Shown here piece after piece: positions 42,001 through 51,786 of a stretch of 64,000 bases of DNA. Position 1 is the first letter of the stretch. Every line of letters begins with the position of its first letter. The notes beneath the pieces were generated by a model. It was not told where the DNA came from. It was given only the letters and a program-made list of their open reading frames with translations, and made no database searches. The translations under genes were made by a program, and so were the position numbers. The stretch is taken from contig CM097883.1 in NCBI GenBank assembly GCA_044892505.1, positions 391,406,001-391,470,000 on the forward strand, written 5' to 3'. The DNA comes from Schmidtea nova. Taxonomy: Eukaryota.

Positions 42001-43902
42001 TTTCCCCCTATTTTTGAATGTATAAATCAACGGTGGGCAAATGCGGCTCTTCGTTGAGTAAACTGCGGCTCATTGATAATTGAATTTGAAAATTGAATTC
42101 GATTTTTTTTTCAAGGATTTTTAATTCGAGGATTTTTATTACTTTTTATTAATGGATTTTTATTATATTATATTTTTGTTTCTTAAATTTTGAAATAATT
42201 ATTTTCTTTTTGTTTTAATAGCGTTTAAGTCTTTTTTAATCAAATTAATGAAATTAAAAAAATGTGTACTTTACAATGGTGGCTCTTTAAAAAATAAATT
42301 ATCGGAAATTGTCTCTCATTGAACTCATGCGTGCCCACCCTTGGTATAAATTTATTCATTTAAAAAGGATATTTATTTACTTAATTTATTTTAATTTTAA
42401 TCATTGCAGCTCATTTATTAAACGTATAAGCTGAATGTTGCCTATATGACAGGAAAGGTTGTCGACCCCTGTTAATGACTAAAGCAATCAATTGAAAAAG
42501 TTGTAATAAATCAAAAATATTATTTCATATTTTTATCATTGACCAAGCTGTTTTATGGATAAAATTACAAGGCCAGTGACTTATGGATATTTATAAATAG
42601 TTTTTATAGTTTTCACTTTTGAGAAGAACTTCTCTGCAGATGCAATCAAAATTTGTTAGAAACGAAAGATTCTTTAGCTCCCAAATAAGTTAAGGAAAAC
42701 CACATAAACCCCTTTTGAGTGAATGAAATTTGCCAAATACATTGAGAACTTTTCCTTTTTGAATTGTTCTTACACTCATATTACATTCGTTTAACAATGA
42801 ATTTTGTCCATTTTATTTAGATCTAGTAAAATTATTGAGGAATTCAAAAGTCCTGATCCATTAATTGGTGCCTTTCTCTCAGAGAGGCCTGAATTTGATC
42901 CAACGCCGTATAAAAGCAATTTTTTACCATTTGACCTGTCTGGTTTGAATGTCTCTCTTAGAAACTTTAGTTCCTTAAGAAATATTCCAGTTTTTTTACC
43001 CAAAAACCATATTTTAAAAATAAATAATTTAATATAGATCTCTTAATCGCGTAAAATAATTTGACTTTAAAAGTTTTCATTGTGTGCTGTGTTTGTGTGT
43101 ATAATTTATTTTTCTTCCCCTTTGTCTATCACATAATAAATCTCTTAAACTATGTAAAATCAAAATTTAACATCAAGGTAACTTTTCATTTGATATTGGT
43201 CATTTTAAACTTATATTATAGAATCTTTATTTGTACGAAAACATGTTTAAATAAAATACCAAATCACTCACGGTAATACTTTTCAAAGACACTGGTGACG
43301 TAGTTATTTTTTATTGACTATGCACGTGTGTATCTTTTTTTTCACATGTGCTTAACCTTCGTAAGACCGAAGCGAGTTCTTGATGCGCCAAAAGTTTGTG
43401 TTAAATAAATAACATCATTGGTCTATAGTGTTAAAGGAAAATAATAGGAATAAAGAAAGATAATAAAATTTTAATTTTTCAAAATCTTACATAAAATTAT
43501 TGTGATAGATTAGTTAATTTAATGGAAATCTTACTTAATTTTTTCTAACCGCATATTTGACAAAATATTATTATTTTAAATTTTTAAGGTCTCGAATACG
43601 TTTTCATTGAATCTGAAAAGAGTACCAAATATTTATCAGTCGTTCTAATGTTTAGTGCAGTGAATATCGGCGGCATTTCGGATTTAATATCAACGTCAAT
43701 GGAGTTCAATGGATATTTTCATTCGGAATTTGATTCCCACAGAAAATTTATCCACCGACTCGATTATGTTCTGTATCTAATTTGCTGTATCTCAGTCTTG
43801 TCCCTTGTTGTTAGCATTGTCATGATGACTCGATTTGCGGGATATTTCTCAACCGTAAAACTCCGACGCAATGATAATAATGAGTCCGTGCATTTGAATT
43901 AA
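32119..43902 (+). CDS. SLC15/POT-family transporter, paralogue B (3' exons)
   Basis: Exons 32119-32251, 32299-32364, 41177-41432, 41499-41594 and 43589-43902 have GT-AG borders and the same intron positions and phases as paralogue A. Motifs LIPYGICDSQ, ICGVLETFRL and TYHVVDISVFWMVPQTVLLSFSEVL. Candidate upstream exon near 28961-29069. Confidence 0.8.
35966..36024. repeat. (AAT)n microsatellite
   Basis: Pure AAT run directly abutting a foldback MITE. Confidence 0.95.
36025..36198. mobile_element. Foldback MITE, near-perfect palindrome with a 2-nt centre
   Basis: Arms of about 86 bp around 36111-36112, followed by an assembly gap. Confidence 0.9.
38041..38325 (-). pseudogene. TBP-like gene, C-terminal repeat (relic B)
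   Basis: IQSITMMVDVG...LEPEIFTAL...CVNIFFSGKVFIIGIK. Confidence 0.8.
39074..39975 (+). pseudogene. INT: Polinton integrase-chromodomain pseudogene (relic B)
   Basis: Colinear with the intact integrase, with stops and frameshifts. Keeps a 38-nt intron-like segment (39460-39497, GC...AG) at the same TDLG|KEF position. Confidence 0.85.
41725..42471. mobile_element. Older non-autonomous hAT element with nested insertions
   Basis: Ends CAAAGATCGGCAAC and, in reverse complement, CAGGGGTCGACAAC. Flanks TTATTGAC and TTAATGAC match at 7 of 8 positions. Contains a foldback arm (about 41848-41975) and a younger hAT. Confidence 0.6.
42028..42343. mobile_element. Non-autonomous hAT element (316 bp)
   Basis: TIRs CAACGGTGGGCA and CAAGGGTGGGCA. 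Perfect 8-bp TSD GTATAAAT (42020-42027, 42344-42351). Confidence 0.93.
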
Positions 43903-44001
43903 TGATACTTTTGATAGTCTATATTTGTTTTTAATAAAAACTCATTGTATATTTTAAAATTTGTTTTTATAGTTGATATTCTTAAGTTTTAAATTATATG
44001 T

Positions 44002-44708
44002 AGTAGGCAGTTATGTGGAGCATGAGTCATCGCAGAACAAAGGAAATGACGTCACACAATGGTCATACCTTCGAAGGTGTATGGTGTGTGCTCAACCTTC
44101 AAGGGGTCAAAATCCTTCAAATATTTTTAAACATTACAAGTTATATATCAAACAAAAGGTAATTGAGATTTGAGTATGATGGTCAACCCTCGAAGGTGGG
44201 TGGTCGACCCTTGAAGGGTCCAAGACTCAAAATTTTAAAAACTATATAATATATGTATCAAACAAAAGGTAATTGAAGGGTGCACACAATGGTCATACCC
44301 TTAAAGGGTCCAAGGTTCAAATTTTTAAAACTATATAATATGTATATCAAACAAAAGGTAATTGTGAGATGAGTGTGTGTGTTACAATTTGCCAGACGAG
44401 TGTGTGTTACAAATCCTTATTCAAACCTTATAATATACATATCATTCGAAAGGTAATTATGGTGTGTGTGTGTGTGTTATAATTTTTTCTATTTCCTACC
44501 TGAATTACAACAAAGACATTGCAATCCATGTGCAACGAAACAAAGACTAATAAAACTTGTAATAATAAATTTTGCACACGTATCTTAGTGTTTAATAAGG
44601 ATCACAGTACGCATTGAACGCGCGTGGAACGCGCGTTCTTCTCCTCTTGTTGTTTAAGACAAATAACAGTACGCATTGAACGCGCGTGGAACGCGCGTTC
44701 TTCTTCTC
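44002..44708 (+). repeat. Left TIR (sequenced part; continues into gap 44709-45275)
   Basis: Reverse complement of 59483-60587 except for a 396-bp deletion and one fewer GT unit. The sequenced lengths (707 and 1105 bp) differ by exactly 398. Confidence 0.95.
44605..44708 (+). repeat. 62-bp tandem repeat containing a CpG-rich hairpin, running into the gap
   Basis: Units start at 44605 and 44667. Each has GAACGCGCGT-GGA-ACGCGCGTTC. Mirrored at 59483-59586. Confidence 0.9.
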
Positions 44709-45377
44709 NNNNNNNNNNNNNNNNNNNNNNNNNNNNNNNNNNNNNNNNNNNNNNNNNNNNNNNNNNNNNNNNNNNNNNNNNNNNNNNNNNNNNNNNNNNN
44801 NNNNNNNNNNNNNNNNNNNNNNNNNNNNNNNNNNNNNNNNNNNNNNNNNNNNNNNNNNNNNNNNNNNNNNNNNNNNNNNNNNNNNNNNNNNNNNNNNNNN
44901 NNNNNNNNNNNNNNNNNNNNNNNNNNNNNNNNNNNNNNNNNNNNNNNNNNNNNNNNNNNNNNNNNNNNNNNNNNNNNNNNNNNNNNNNNNNNNNNNNNNN
45001 NNNNNNNNNNNNNNNNNNNNNNNNNNNNNNNNNNNNNNNNNNNNNNNNNNNNNNNNNNNNNNNNNNNNNNNNNNNNNNNNNNNNNNNNNNNNNNNNNNNN
45101 NNNNNNNNNNNNNNNNNNNNNNNNNNNNNNNNNNNNNNNNNNNNNNNNNNNNNNNNNNNNNNNNNNNNNNNNNNNNNNNNNNNNNNNNNNNNNNNNNNNN
45201 NNNNNNNNNNNNNNNNNNNNNNNNNNNNNNNNNNNNNNNNNNNNNNNNNNNNNNNNNNNNNNNNNNNNNNNNNNNCAGCTTATAAAAACTTACAAAAACT
45301 AATACAAAAATTTTACAAATAAAAGCAATTAAAAAACGATAACAAATAAATTAAGAAATCTATTGAATGAAAATAAA

Positions 45378-48300
45378 TCAACCAAAATAATTATGATCAT
45401 TGTTAAAATCATCAATAAAATCATCTGGATTGTCTGGATCATTTCCTTCATTATTTTGATTCAAAACTGGAGAGATTGGTTGATTGAAAGGTTCTGGATC
45501 ATCATTTGGTTCATCAATAAAGGTATCACCCACCCGAAAATTGCCATAGGCTAAACTTTTATTTTTTGTTACCCAAAACCTTTTGTCGTCCATATTTGTC
45601 AGTGCTTTTTTGTTGTTCTTAATGCTATATAGCTGATGATTTTTGCTGCATATTCTAAATTGCGGTACCTTGTAAATCCTATTGTTCACATAACAATCAA
45701 GATACGACTCATGACTCAGTCCAGTATCTTTCAAATCAACTCCCTTAGCCTTCATGTTACTCGCATCACCCAACAAACTGTAACATTTAGGCCTCAGGAA
45801 CACCCACTCCTTATATAATAGTCCTTTACTCTCGTCTTTGAACTTGCCAATGACAGAGTCAAGGTTCCTATTATATAACGGATGATTAGGGTCATAATTG
45901 GATGTGTCAAGCAACTGGTCTCTAATCATAGCAGCTAAAAGAATGTCAAGACTACAATTTTTAATCTCCAAAAAGAAGGAATCAGTGTCTCCAGCAACTA
46001 TATTAATCTGACAGTTCAATTCATTACGATATTTTTGTAACTCATTGTACTGCAACTCGTACATTCTCAGTTTGGATAAATCTAGTACAGTTTGCCCAAT
46101 GTAACTAGGTCTATCCAAACACACTGATTCCTTCCTAAGCAAAACCGAAATCAAATCGTCGTCTATCCTTGTGGTTTTCCTAAATGCCGGTTTTGAGGCA
46201 TATGTGATTAGTTTTTGTGCTGAATTGCAGAGTCGCAGATTAATTCGTTTTTTCAAGTTCTCAACAGTTTTTCCATACAAACTGTTGTTGAGCAACTTGT
46301 AGTAATTTTTGTCTAATTTACTTGTCGATGTTGCTCTTAACTGTGTGTTTGTGTCAATGTAATTTTTAAATACATAGCTTTGGTCGTATTTAATTGCCCT
46401 ATGTATTTTTGTTACAAGTGCACCTAAATTAATAAAAATCTGTAGAAGCCTCCAATGAAGAACGTAGTTCTTTTTGGAGTTGTGCGTTAGCAACAGCTTC
46501 TTAACTTTGGAAAAAGGAGCGCACATCTTTTCAGCGGCAATTGGAAAATCATCCAATTTATCGTGAATAGATGTCGGTATTTCTAAATCTACTTCTATGG
46601 TATAACCATAGCTAAGCAAACTTAGATCTACCGTAGCGCATTCAATTAATAAATTAGTTAATAAATTATCATCGGTCACCCATTGAAAATTACCCTCGGG
46701 TAGCTTTTGTGATAAAGCCCATCCATACAGGTTGTTGATATCGATATACAACAACTCTGTATCCGCACTACTTTTAACATAATGTTTGTTTACAAAAGTA
46801 AGCCCCCCACGAATTCCCCCTTCAAAGAAATTGTACATTTCCATGTCGGTCAATAATGTTATCGGTTTCTCAAGAGTCATCAAAGCCGAACTCCAACTCA
46901 TACCGGGAATCCCCAAGAAATTAAGGGGCTCAAGTTTGTTATGGGCAATGCTCTTAGCCCGAAATTGCTGAAAAAAGTCAGCCAGTAAAAACACATCAAG
47001 TTTTAGATACACCATCATGTAATCCAAAAGGCAAGTACATGATGTTTCTCGCCATATTACTTTAGCCAACTCATATTCCTCTGCGTCAACACCTTTCCAA
47101 ATTGGTGGTAATTCTGATGTTGACCTTAAAACATCTAAAGAGGTCGCAACATCGTAAGGAAAAATTCCCTTGCTGTTAATTATAGTTCCCCTGAACTCTG
47201 AAGATGTTAATGGCAAAGATGTTAGTGTTGCTACAGCACCTTTTAATGATTCAGACACAAATTGACAAGAGTCAATAAATTTCACAGACAAAGAATCAAT
47301 ATTAGCAAAAAGTGAAAGAAACTTCTCGCTAGTAATTGGAATGCAGCTTATATTCCAAGATGTATACCGAGATAAGCCAAATTTGAGGATATGATGGAGA
47401 TCATACCCTCTCAAATTATGAAAGACAACAGGCAAAGTGTGTCTTATTTGCCTGCTAAGATTACACTTTTTGCAAGCTGCACCAATAAATTGACCTGAAA
47501 AATGGTCGTGATCTCTAACTGGTTCTACTAACAGTTTCTTGCACAAATGACAGTTTGTGCTGTTATTAAAAGTTATTTGATCATCGCCAGTGAAGATCAT
47601 TTTCTTATTGTAATTTTTATAAAAATAGGGACTTACAATATATTTACTTATATCTTCAATTTCATGAAGAAATTGATCTACACAATCAAGCCCTAAAAAT
47701 GATTTGTAGATTTTTTCACCGGTGAAGTTATTAATTAGTAATAAGCCAGCTGCAATCGGTAAATGTTTTTGATAATATTTGGTGTCCTTCGGTAAAATTG
47801 CCTCAAAATCGGCAAAAATGACAAAGGGAGGAGTGACAGTTTTCTTCCAATCAGTAAATTCAAGCAAAGGGTTTTTAGGCAAAGTGTACAAAGTTGTACC
47901 CAATTGATTATTTTCACAAAGACCACGATGACGATTAAAACAATCATCAGTTCGGAAACCGTTAAGACACCGAGGACACCATTGACAGCAAATACGGACA
48001 GAAGTTATTGATGCATTTCTGCAATTTAAGAATCGATTTAAATCAGTTATGGCGGTGTAATGAAAATTTTTATTATTATCTAAAAGCAGTAAGTTAATTG
48101 GTGTTCCTCCTACAACCTTACTTTTATAAATTATATCTATAAAGGGATGTTTCATTATAGAGCTGGCATTACTTATATCAATCAACGCAGTTTCATCATA
48201 CGACAAAACATTAATTGCATACCCTGGATTTTGTCGTTCAAACTTAGAAATATTTCCAAGTTTCATGGGCATATCAGCAGCATCATACTTTAGTTGTGAA

Positions 48301-49304
48301 AGGTTATAAGAGGAAGGAAGATGTCTCAACTCAGGAATAATACTATCATATTTTAAAATAGCCAAAATGCTATAAAGAAAGCAAAACTCATCCTGATTTT
48401 CAATATTAACAATGCAGTATTTACGAAGTAAAGTTTTAGGAGTTGCGAGAAATCGACGACCACTTAAGCGACTAATTTCACTATATTTTGTTAATAAAAA
48501 ACTTATATATTCAATTTTATGTATCGTCCAATTTGAACCCTTTTCGTTAATTTTAATAATTTTTTCGTTTAAAAGAGCAATACCTTCATCAATGAAGGTA
48601 TCACTCATAGTTCTGGCAGAATTTGAGATTACGAAAGATTGGAGTTCGTCATCTTTCTCAAATTCTACCTTTATACAAAACTGAATTTTTACAGAACTCA
48701 TCTGCGAAACTGTTAAATTTAATTTATTAATTAAAATATCTGGAACAACAACAATTTTTAAGTTTAAGGATGATACATCCATTTTTAAAATTATGTGGGA
48801 ATCGTTTAAGTCGGAAATAACCTCGACATTTCCGCATCCTACTTGATTAATTAAATTATTATTAATTATTTGATCATCATCATCACTGATTTCGATGATT
48901 TCATCGTCACTTATTTCAATTATTTGATATTTTTGAGGAATTGAATCCTCATTAAAACTTTTTCTTTTATTATTATTTAAATTATTAATTAAAATATTTA
49001 GGTTATTATTTAATTGTTTATTAATATTAATTAATTCATTTATTTGATTGTTATCAAGCTCTTTGTTAATATTTAGTACTTGGTCTGGTATTTGTTGATT
49101 AATTATTGTTTGTTGGTTAAGTGTTTGTTGGTTATGTGTTGAATATAATTTATTAAAAAGTGATTTTTTAGATGTCATATACTGACTCAAATGAATACAG
49201 TGTTTTTCATAAAATTGTATATATGGTATGTTATCAATAATATTACAATTAGGGCATAAAAGGTGGGTGATACCGTTATACTTATAAGAGTAATACTTTT
49301 CCAT
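45378..49304 (-). CDS. pPolB: Protein-primed family B DNA polymerase (1308 aa) with N-terminal TP/vOTU-like region and an EndoVII/HNH-like insertion
   Basis: Exonuclease motifs IFADFEA and FHNLRGYD. Polymerase motifs YIDINNLYG, KLLNNSLYGK and AGDTDS. CHLC...VRDHDHFSG...ACKKCN insertion. QDEFCFLYSI...FHYTAI is a candidate Cys-His protease dyad. Confidence 0.97.
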   Translation of the reverse strand: MEKYYSYKYNGITHLLCPNCNIIDNIPYIQFYEKHCIHLSQYMTSKKSLFNKLYSTHNQQTLNQQTIINQQIPDQVLNINKELDNNQINELININKQLNNNLNILINNLNNNKRKSFNEDSIPQKYQIIEISDDEIIEISDDDDQIINNNLINQVGCGNVEVISDLNDSHIILKMDVSSLNLKIVVVPDILINKLNLTVSQMSSVKIQFCIKVEFEKDDELQSFVISNSARTMSDTFIDEGIALLNEKIIKINEKGSNWTIHKIEYISFLLTKYSEISRLSGRRFLATPKTLLRKYCIVNIENQDEFCFLYSILAILKYDSIIPELRHLPSSYNLSQLKYDAADMPMKLGNISKFERQNPGYAINVLSYDETALIDISNASSIMKHPFIDIIYKSKVVGGTPINLLLLDNNKNFHYTAITDLNRFLNCRNASITSVRICCQWCPRCLNGFRTDDCFNRHRGLCENNQLGTTLYTLPKNPLLEFTDWKKTVTPPFVIFADFEAILPKDTKYYQKHLPIAAGLLLINNFTGEKIYKSFLGLDCVDQFLHEIEDISKYIVSPYFYKNYNKKMIFTGDDQITFNNSTNCHLCKKLLVEPVRDHDHFSGQFIGAACKKCNLSRQIRHTLPVVFHNLRGYDLHHILKFGLSRYTSWNISCIPITSEKFLSLFANIDSLSVKFIDSCQFVSESLKGAVATLTSLPLTSSEFRGTIINSKGIFPYDVATSLDVLRSTSELPPIWKGVDAEEYELAKVIWRETSCTCLLDYMMVYLKLDVFLLADFFQQFRAKSIAHNKLEPLNFLGIPGMSWSSALMTLEKPITLLTDMEMYNFFEGGIRGGLTFVNKHYVKSSADTELLYIDINNLYGWALSQKLPEGNFQWVTDDNLLTNLLIECATVDLSLLSYGYTIEVDLEIPTSIHDKLDDFPIAAEKMCAPFSKVKKLLLTHNSKKNYVLHWRLLQIFINLGALVTKIHRAIKYDQSYVFKNYIDTNTQLRATSTSKLDKNYYKLLNNSLYGKTVENLKKRINLRLCNSAQKLITYASKPAFRKTTRIDDDLISVLLRKESVCLDRPSYIGQTVLDLSKLRMYELQYNELQKYRNELNCQINIVAGDTDSFFLEIKNCSLDILLAAMIRDQLLDTSNYDPNHPLYNRNLDSVIGKFKDESKGLLYKEWVFLRPKCYSLLGDASNMKAKGVDLKDTGLSHESYLDCYVNNRIYKVPQFRICSKNHQLYSIKNNKKALTNMDDKRFWVTKNKSLAYGNFRVGDTFIDEPNDDPEPFNQPISPVLNQNNEGNDPDNPDDFIDDFNNDHNYFG

Positions 49305-49981
49305 TATGACGTGGCAGTTATTATGGGAAGTACTGTTGCAGTATTGCGGGTATAAATTGCCTATATAACAGGAAATAAAATATTAAATTCAAGTATAAAA
49401 AAAAAAAAAAAAAAAAAAACATTTTATTTACCTTTAACATAATACGTAATGATTTACAAAAACTATTACGTATTATATTAAGTTTAAATAAAAAATATTT
49501 AAAATTTTTAAAATAACTTTTGATAATATTGTGACTGTAAATTATTAAAAATAATATGTTATCATAAAATTATCGTTCATAAAAAGGTTTCTTAATCATT
49601 AATCATTTATTTTTTCATATATATAAATCATTTTTTATAAATAAATCATTTTATTTTCATAAATAAATAAAATAAATAATTTCTTCTTCATAAATAAATG
49701 GTCATAAATAAATCATTTTCATAAAAATATATAAATCATTTCATCTTTAATAAATTCATAAATTCATAAATGTTTAAAATATTATTATTGTTTTATAATA
49801 ATATTATCATTTCTAATATTATTATTATAAAATAATAAAATATTTACTTTTACTTCTTAAAATTCATAACGCATTTAATTTTCATAAAATACATAAAATT
49901 TTAAAAATATTATTATTATTTTTTAATAATATTATCATTTCTAATATTATAAATTAATAAAATATTTAATAATATATTTTC

Positions 49982-50419
49982 TTAGATATAATATAAAAAA
50001 TCATCAAAATATTTACATTTTTTCAATCCAATCGTTAATCCCGCAGCATTAAAATTTGATCCATTGCAAGTAGAACCAGCTGCATTCGGGGCATAAAAAC
50101 TAGAACCAGCAGTAATTTGAGCATCAGTTTGGCCGTAATTTATTACATTATTAATTTCTAAAGATTTTTGTCAATTAAAATTAACAATAATAAAAGTAAA
50201 TATACCATTGACTCTATTTCCGATGACTCCAGTTCCAATGACTCCAGTCCCAGTGGCAGATCCGTTGTTATTTAAGATGTTGTTCGCGATATTGTTCGCT
50301 ATATTAACTTCTAATAATATTAAAAATAAATAAGTAAATAAATAAAAAGTAAATTTACCATTGACTCCAGCTCCGTATGATTTTCGAGCAACTCGTCCTT
50401 GATTCATTAAATTATTCAT
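49982..50419 (-). CDS. Predicted 3-exon orphan protein (113 aa), N/G-rich, with an N-terminal ARKS motif
   Basis: Exons 50359-50419, 50206-50310 and 49982-50157, separated by two 48-nt GT-AG introns. Splicing removes the in-frame TGA at 50171 and gives MNNLMNQGRVARKSYGAGVNEVNIANN...GLKKCKYFDDFLYYI. Confidence 0.65.
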
Positions 50420-50479
50420 TTTTGTTTAAAAGACTTGATAATAGATTTTGTGATTAAAAGTGACGAAATAATACAAGTA

Positions 50480-50645
50480 TAGACTATATAAAGCAGATAA
50501 TTTCAAGTTTTATTAACCATCCAATCAGAATCGAGATAGGATAGGGAAATAAATGCACACATACTGCATGTTTGTTTATGTCACGATAGTTGTTATGTGA
50601 CTACATAAAGACATGTAAGTTCACGACCCCATGTGTCTTTATGTC
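50480..50645 (-). promoter_or_regulatory. Putative Pol II promoter of the spliced orphan
   Basis: TATATA at 50485-50490, CCAATCAGAA at 50521 and AAAGACATG at 50607. Confidence 0.45.
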
Positions 50646-50779
50646 GTGACTTTATCGACAAAGGCTTTGTTGATGTCATCATGCTTTATGATATACATGT
50701 GACGAATAATTTAATAATATTTATAAAATAATAATAATAATTACATTTATAAAATAAAGAGATGATAATAATATTTATA

Positions 50780-50780
<1 letters not shown>

Positions 50781-50864
<84 letters not shown>
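50781..50864. repeat. (AAT)n microsatellite inside the Polinton
   Basis: Pure AAT run of more than 25 units downstream of the nuclease-like ORF. Confidence 0.95.
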
Positions 50865-50869
<5 letters not shown>

Positions 50870-50911
50870 CATTAATACACATTATTAAAATTTATTAAAA
50901 TAACAATACAT

Positions 50912-51328
50912 TTATTGCTTTAAATAATCAATAACTGCACTCAAACATCCTTTATAGGCACACATACTATGATCCCTATATGGACATGATATATTATCTG
51001 GAACATCTTCAATTTCTTTAAAATTATATTTAATTAATCTCAATTTCGGGAAATATTTCTTCAAGACTTGGAGTTTATCAGCATCAGTGACATAGAAAAT
51101 AGCACTAGTATCTTCAATATCATTCATAATACATGTTGGGCAAAAGTAATCTTGTCCTTCATACCATTCTAATCGATCGGGAATTCCAATTCCAGCCCAG
51201 AACGGTAAATCATTGTATATATAATACTTTGGTTTAAAAATATTATTAACATTCATAATACATAATTCTTTAATAATTAATCCTCCCATATCATTATAAC
51301 CGTAAATATCAATAAAATAACAAGTCAT
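50912..51328 (-). CDS. DEDD/DnaQ-fold, Maelstrom-like putative nuclease (138 aa)
   Basis: N-terminal YFIDIYGY...IIKEL resembles ExoI with DxE changed to DxY. C-terminal CPYRDHSMCA resembles a C-H-C zinc site. Assigned by motif recall only. Confidence 0.5.
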   Translation of the reverse strand: MTCYFIDIYGYNDMGGLIIKELCIMNVNNIFKPKYYIYNDLPFWAGIGIPDRLEWYEGQDYFCPTCIMNDIEDTSAIFYVTDADKLQVLKKYFPKLRLIKYNFKEIEDVPDNISCPYRDHSMCAYKGCLSAVIDYLKQ

Positions 51329-51361
51329 TTTTTCACAACAAAATTTATTAAACTAAATTGT

Positions 51362-51738
51362 TTATAACATAGATTTTAGCCATGCAAGGCAATGTTGACC
51401 ACAAGTGGTCGAGAATGGATGTTGATACCGAATTCTATTATATACAATCGGTTTACCCATAGTCTGCAATTTTCGAACTAGTAAATTGGGATAATAATAT
51501 CCAAATGGATCAAATACATGTATTCGATCCGGTTTCACGTAAACAGCAATCCAATGCTCACCGCCCAAAGTAGATGTCTGAGTATTTACAATGATGGCCT
51601 GATTAATATCTAAATACGGAATTTTATCTAGTGGATAAACTCCAATAAATTGATTTCCCAATAGTTTTTTACCAAGTCTATATACCTGAACAGAACTAAT
51701 TTAATTAAGTATTTTAGTAATTAAAAAACTTACTCCAT
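51362..51738 (-). CDS. PRO: Adenain-like cysteine maturation protease (112 aa after splicing)
   Basis: GEHWIAV, FDPFG and CGQHC supply the catalytic H, D and C. The start requires ATG GA at 51738-51734 and a 38-nt GTAAGT...TTAG intron (51696-51733), giving MDSVQVYRLGKKLLGNQFIGVYPLD. Confidence 0.9.
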
Positions 51739-51786
51739 GACAATTATTTCTATCTTTTGGTTCATTTATACCTGCACAAACTAATA

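Noticed and set aside
44605-44708. 62-bp hairpin repeats as CRISPR repeats and spacers
   Set aside because: They are tandem units mirrored in the opposite TIR, only two are visible per arm, and there is no series of unique spacers.
44624-45322. ORFs spanning N runs (also at about 2.4-2.8, 29.0-29.4, 36.2, 40.8-41.1, 59.1-59.6 and 61.6-61.9 kb)
   Set aside because: Artefacts of translating assembly gaps.
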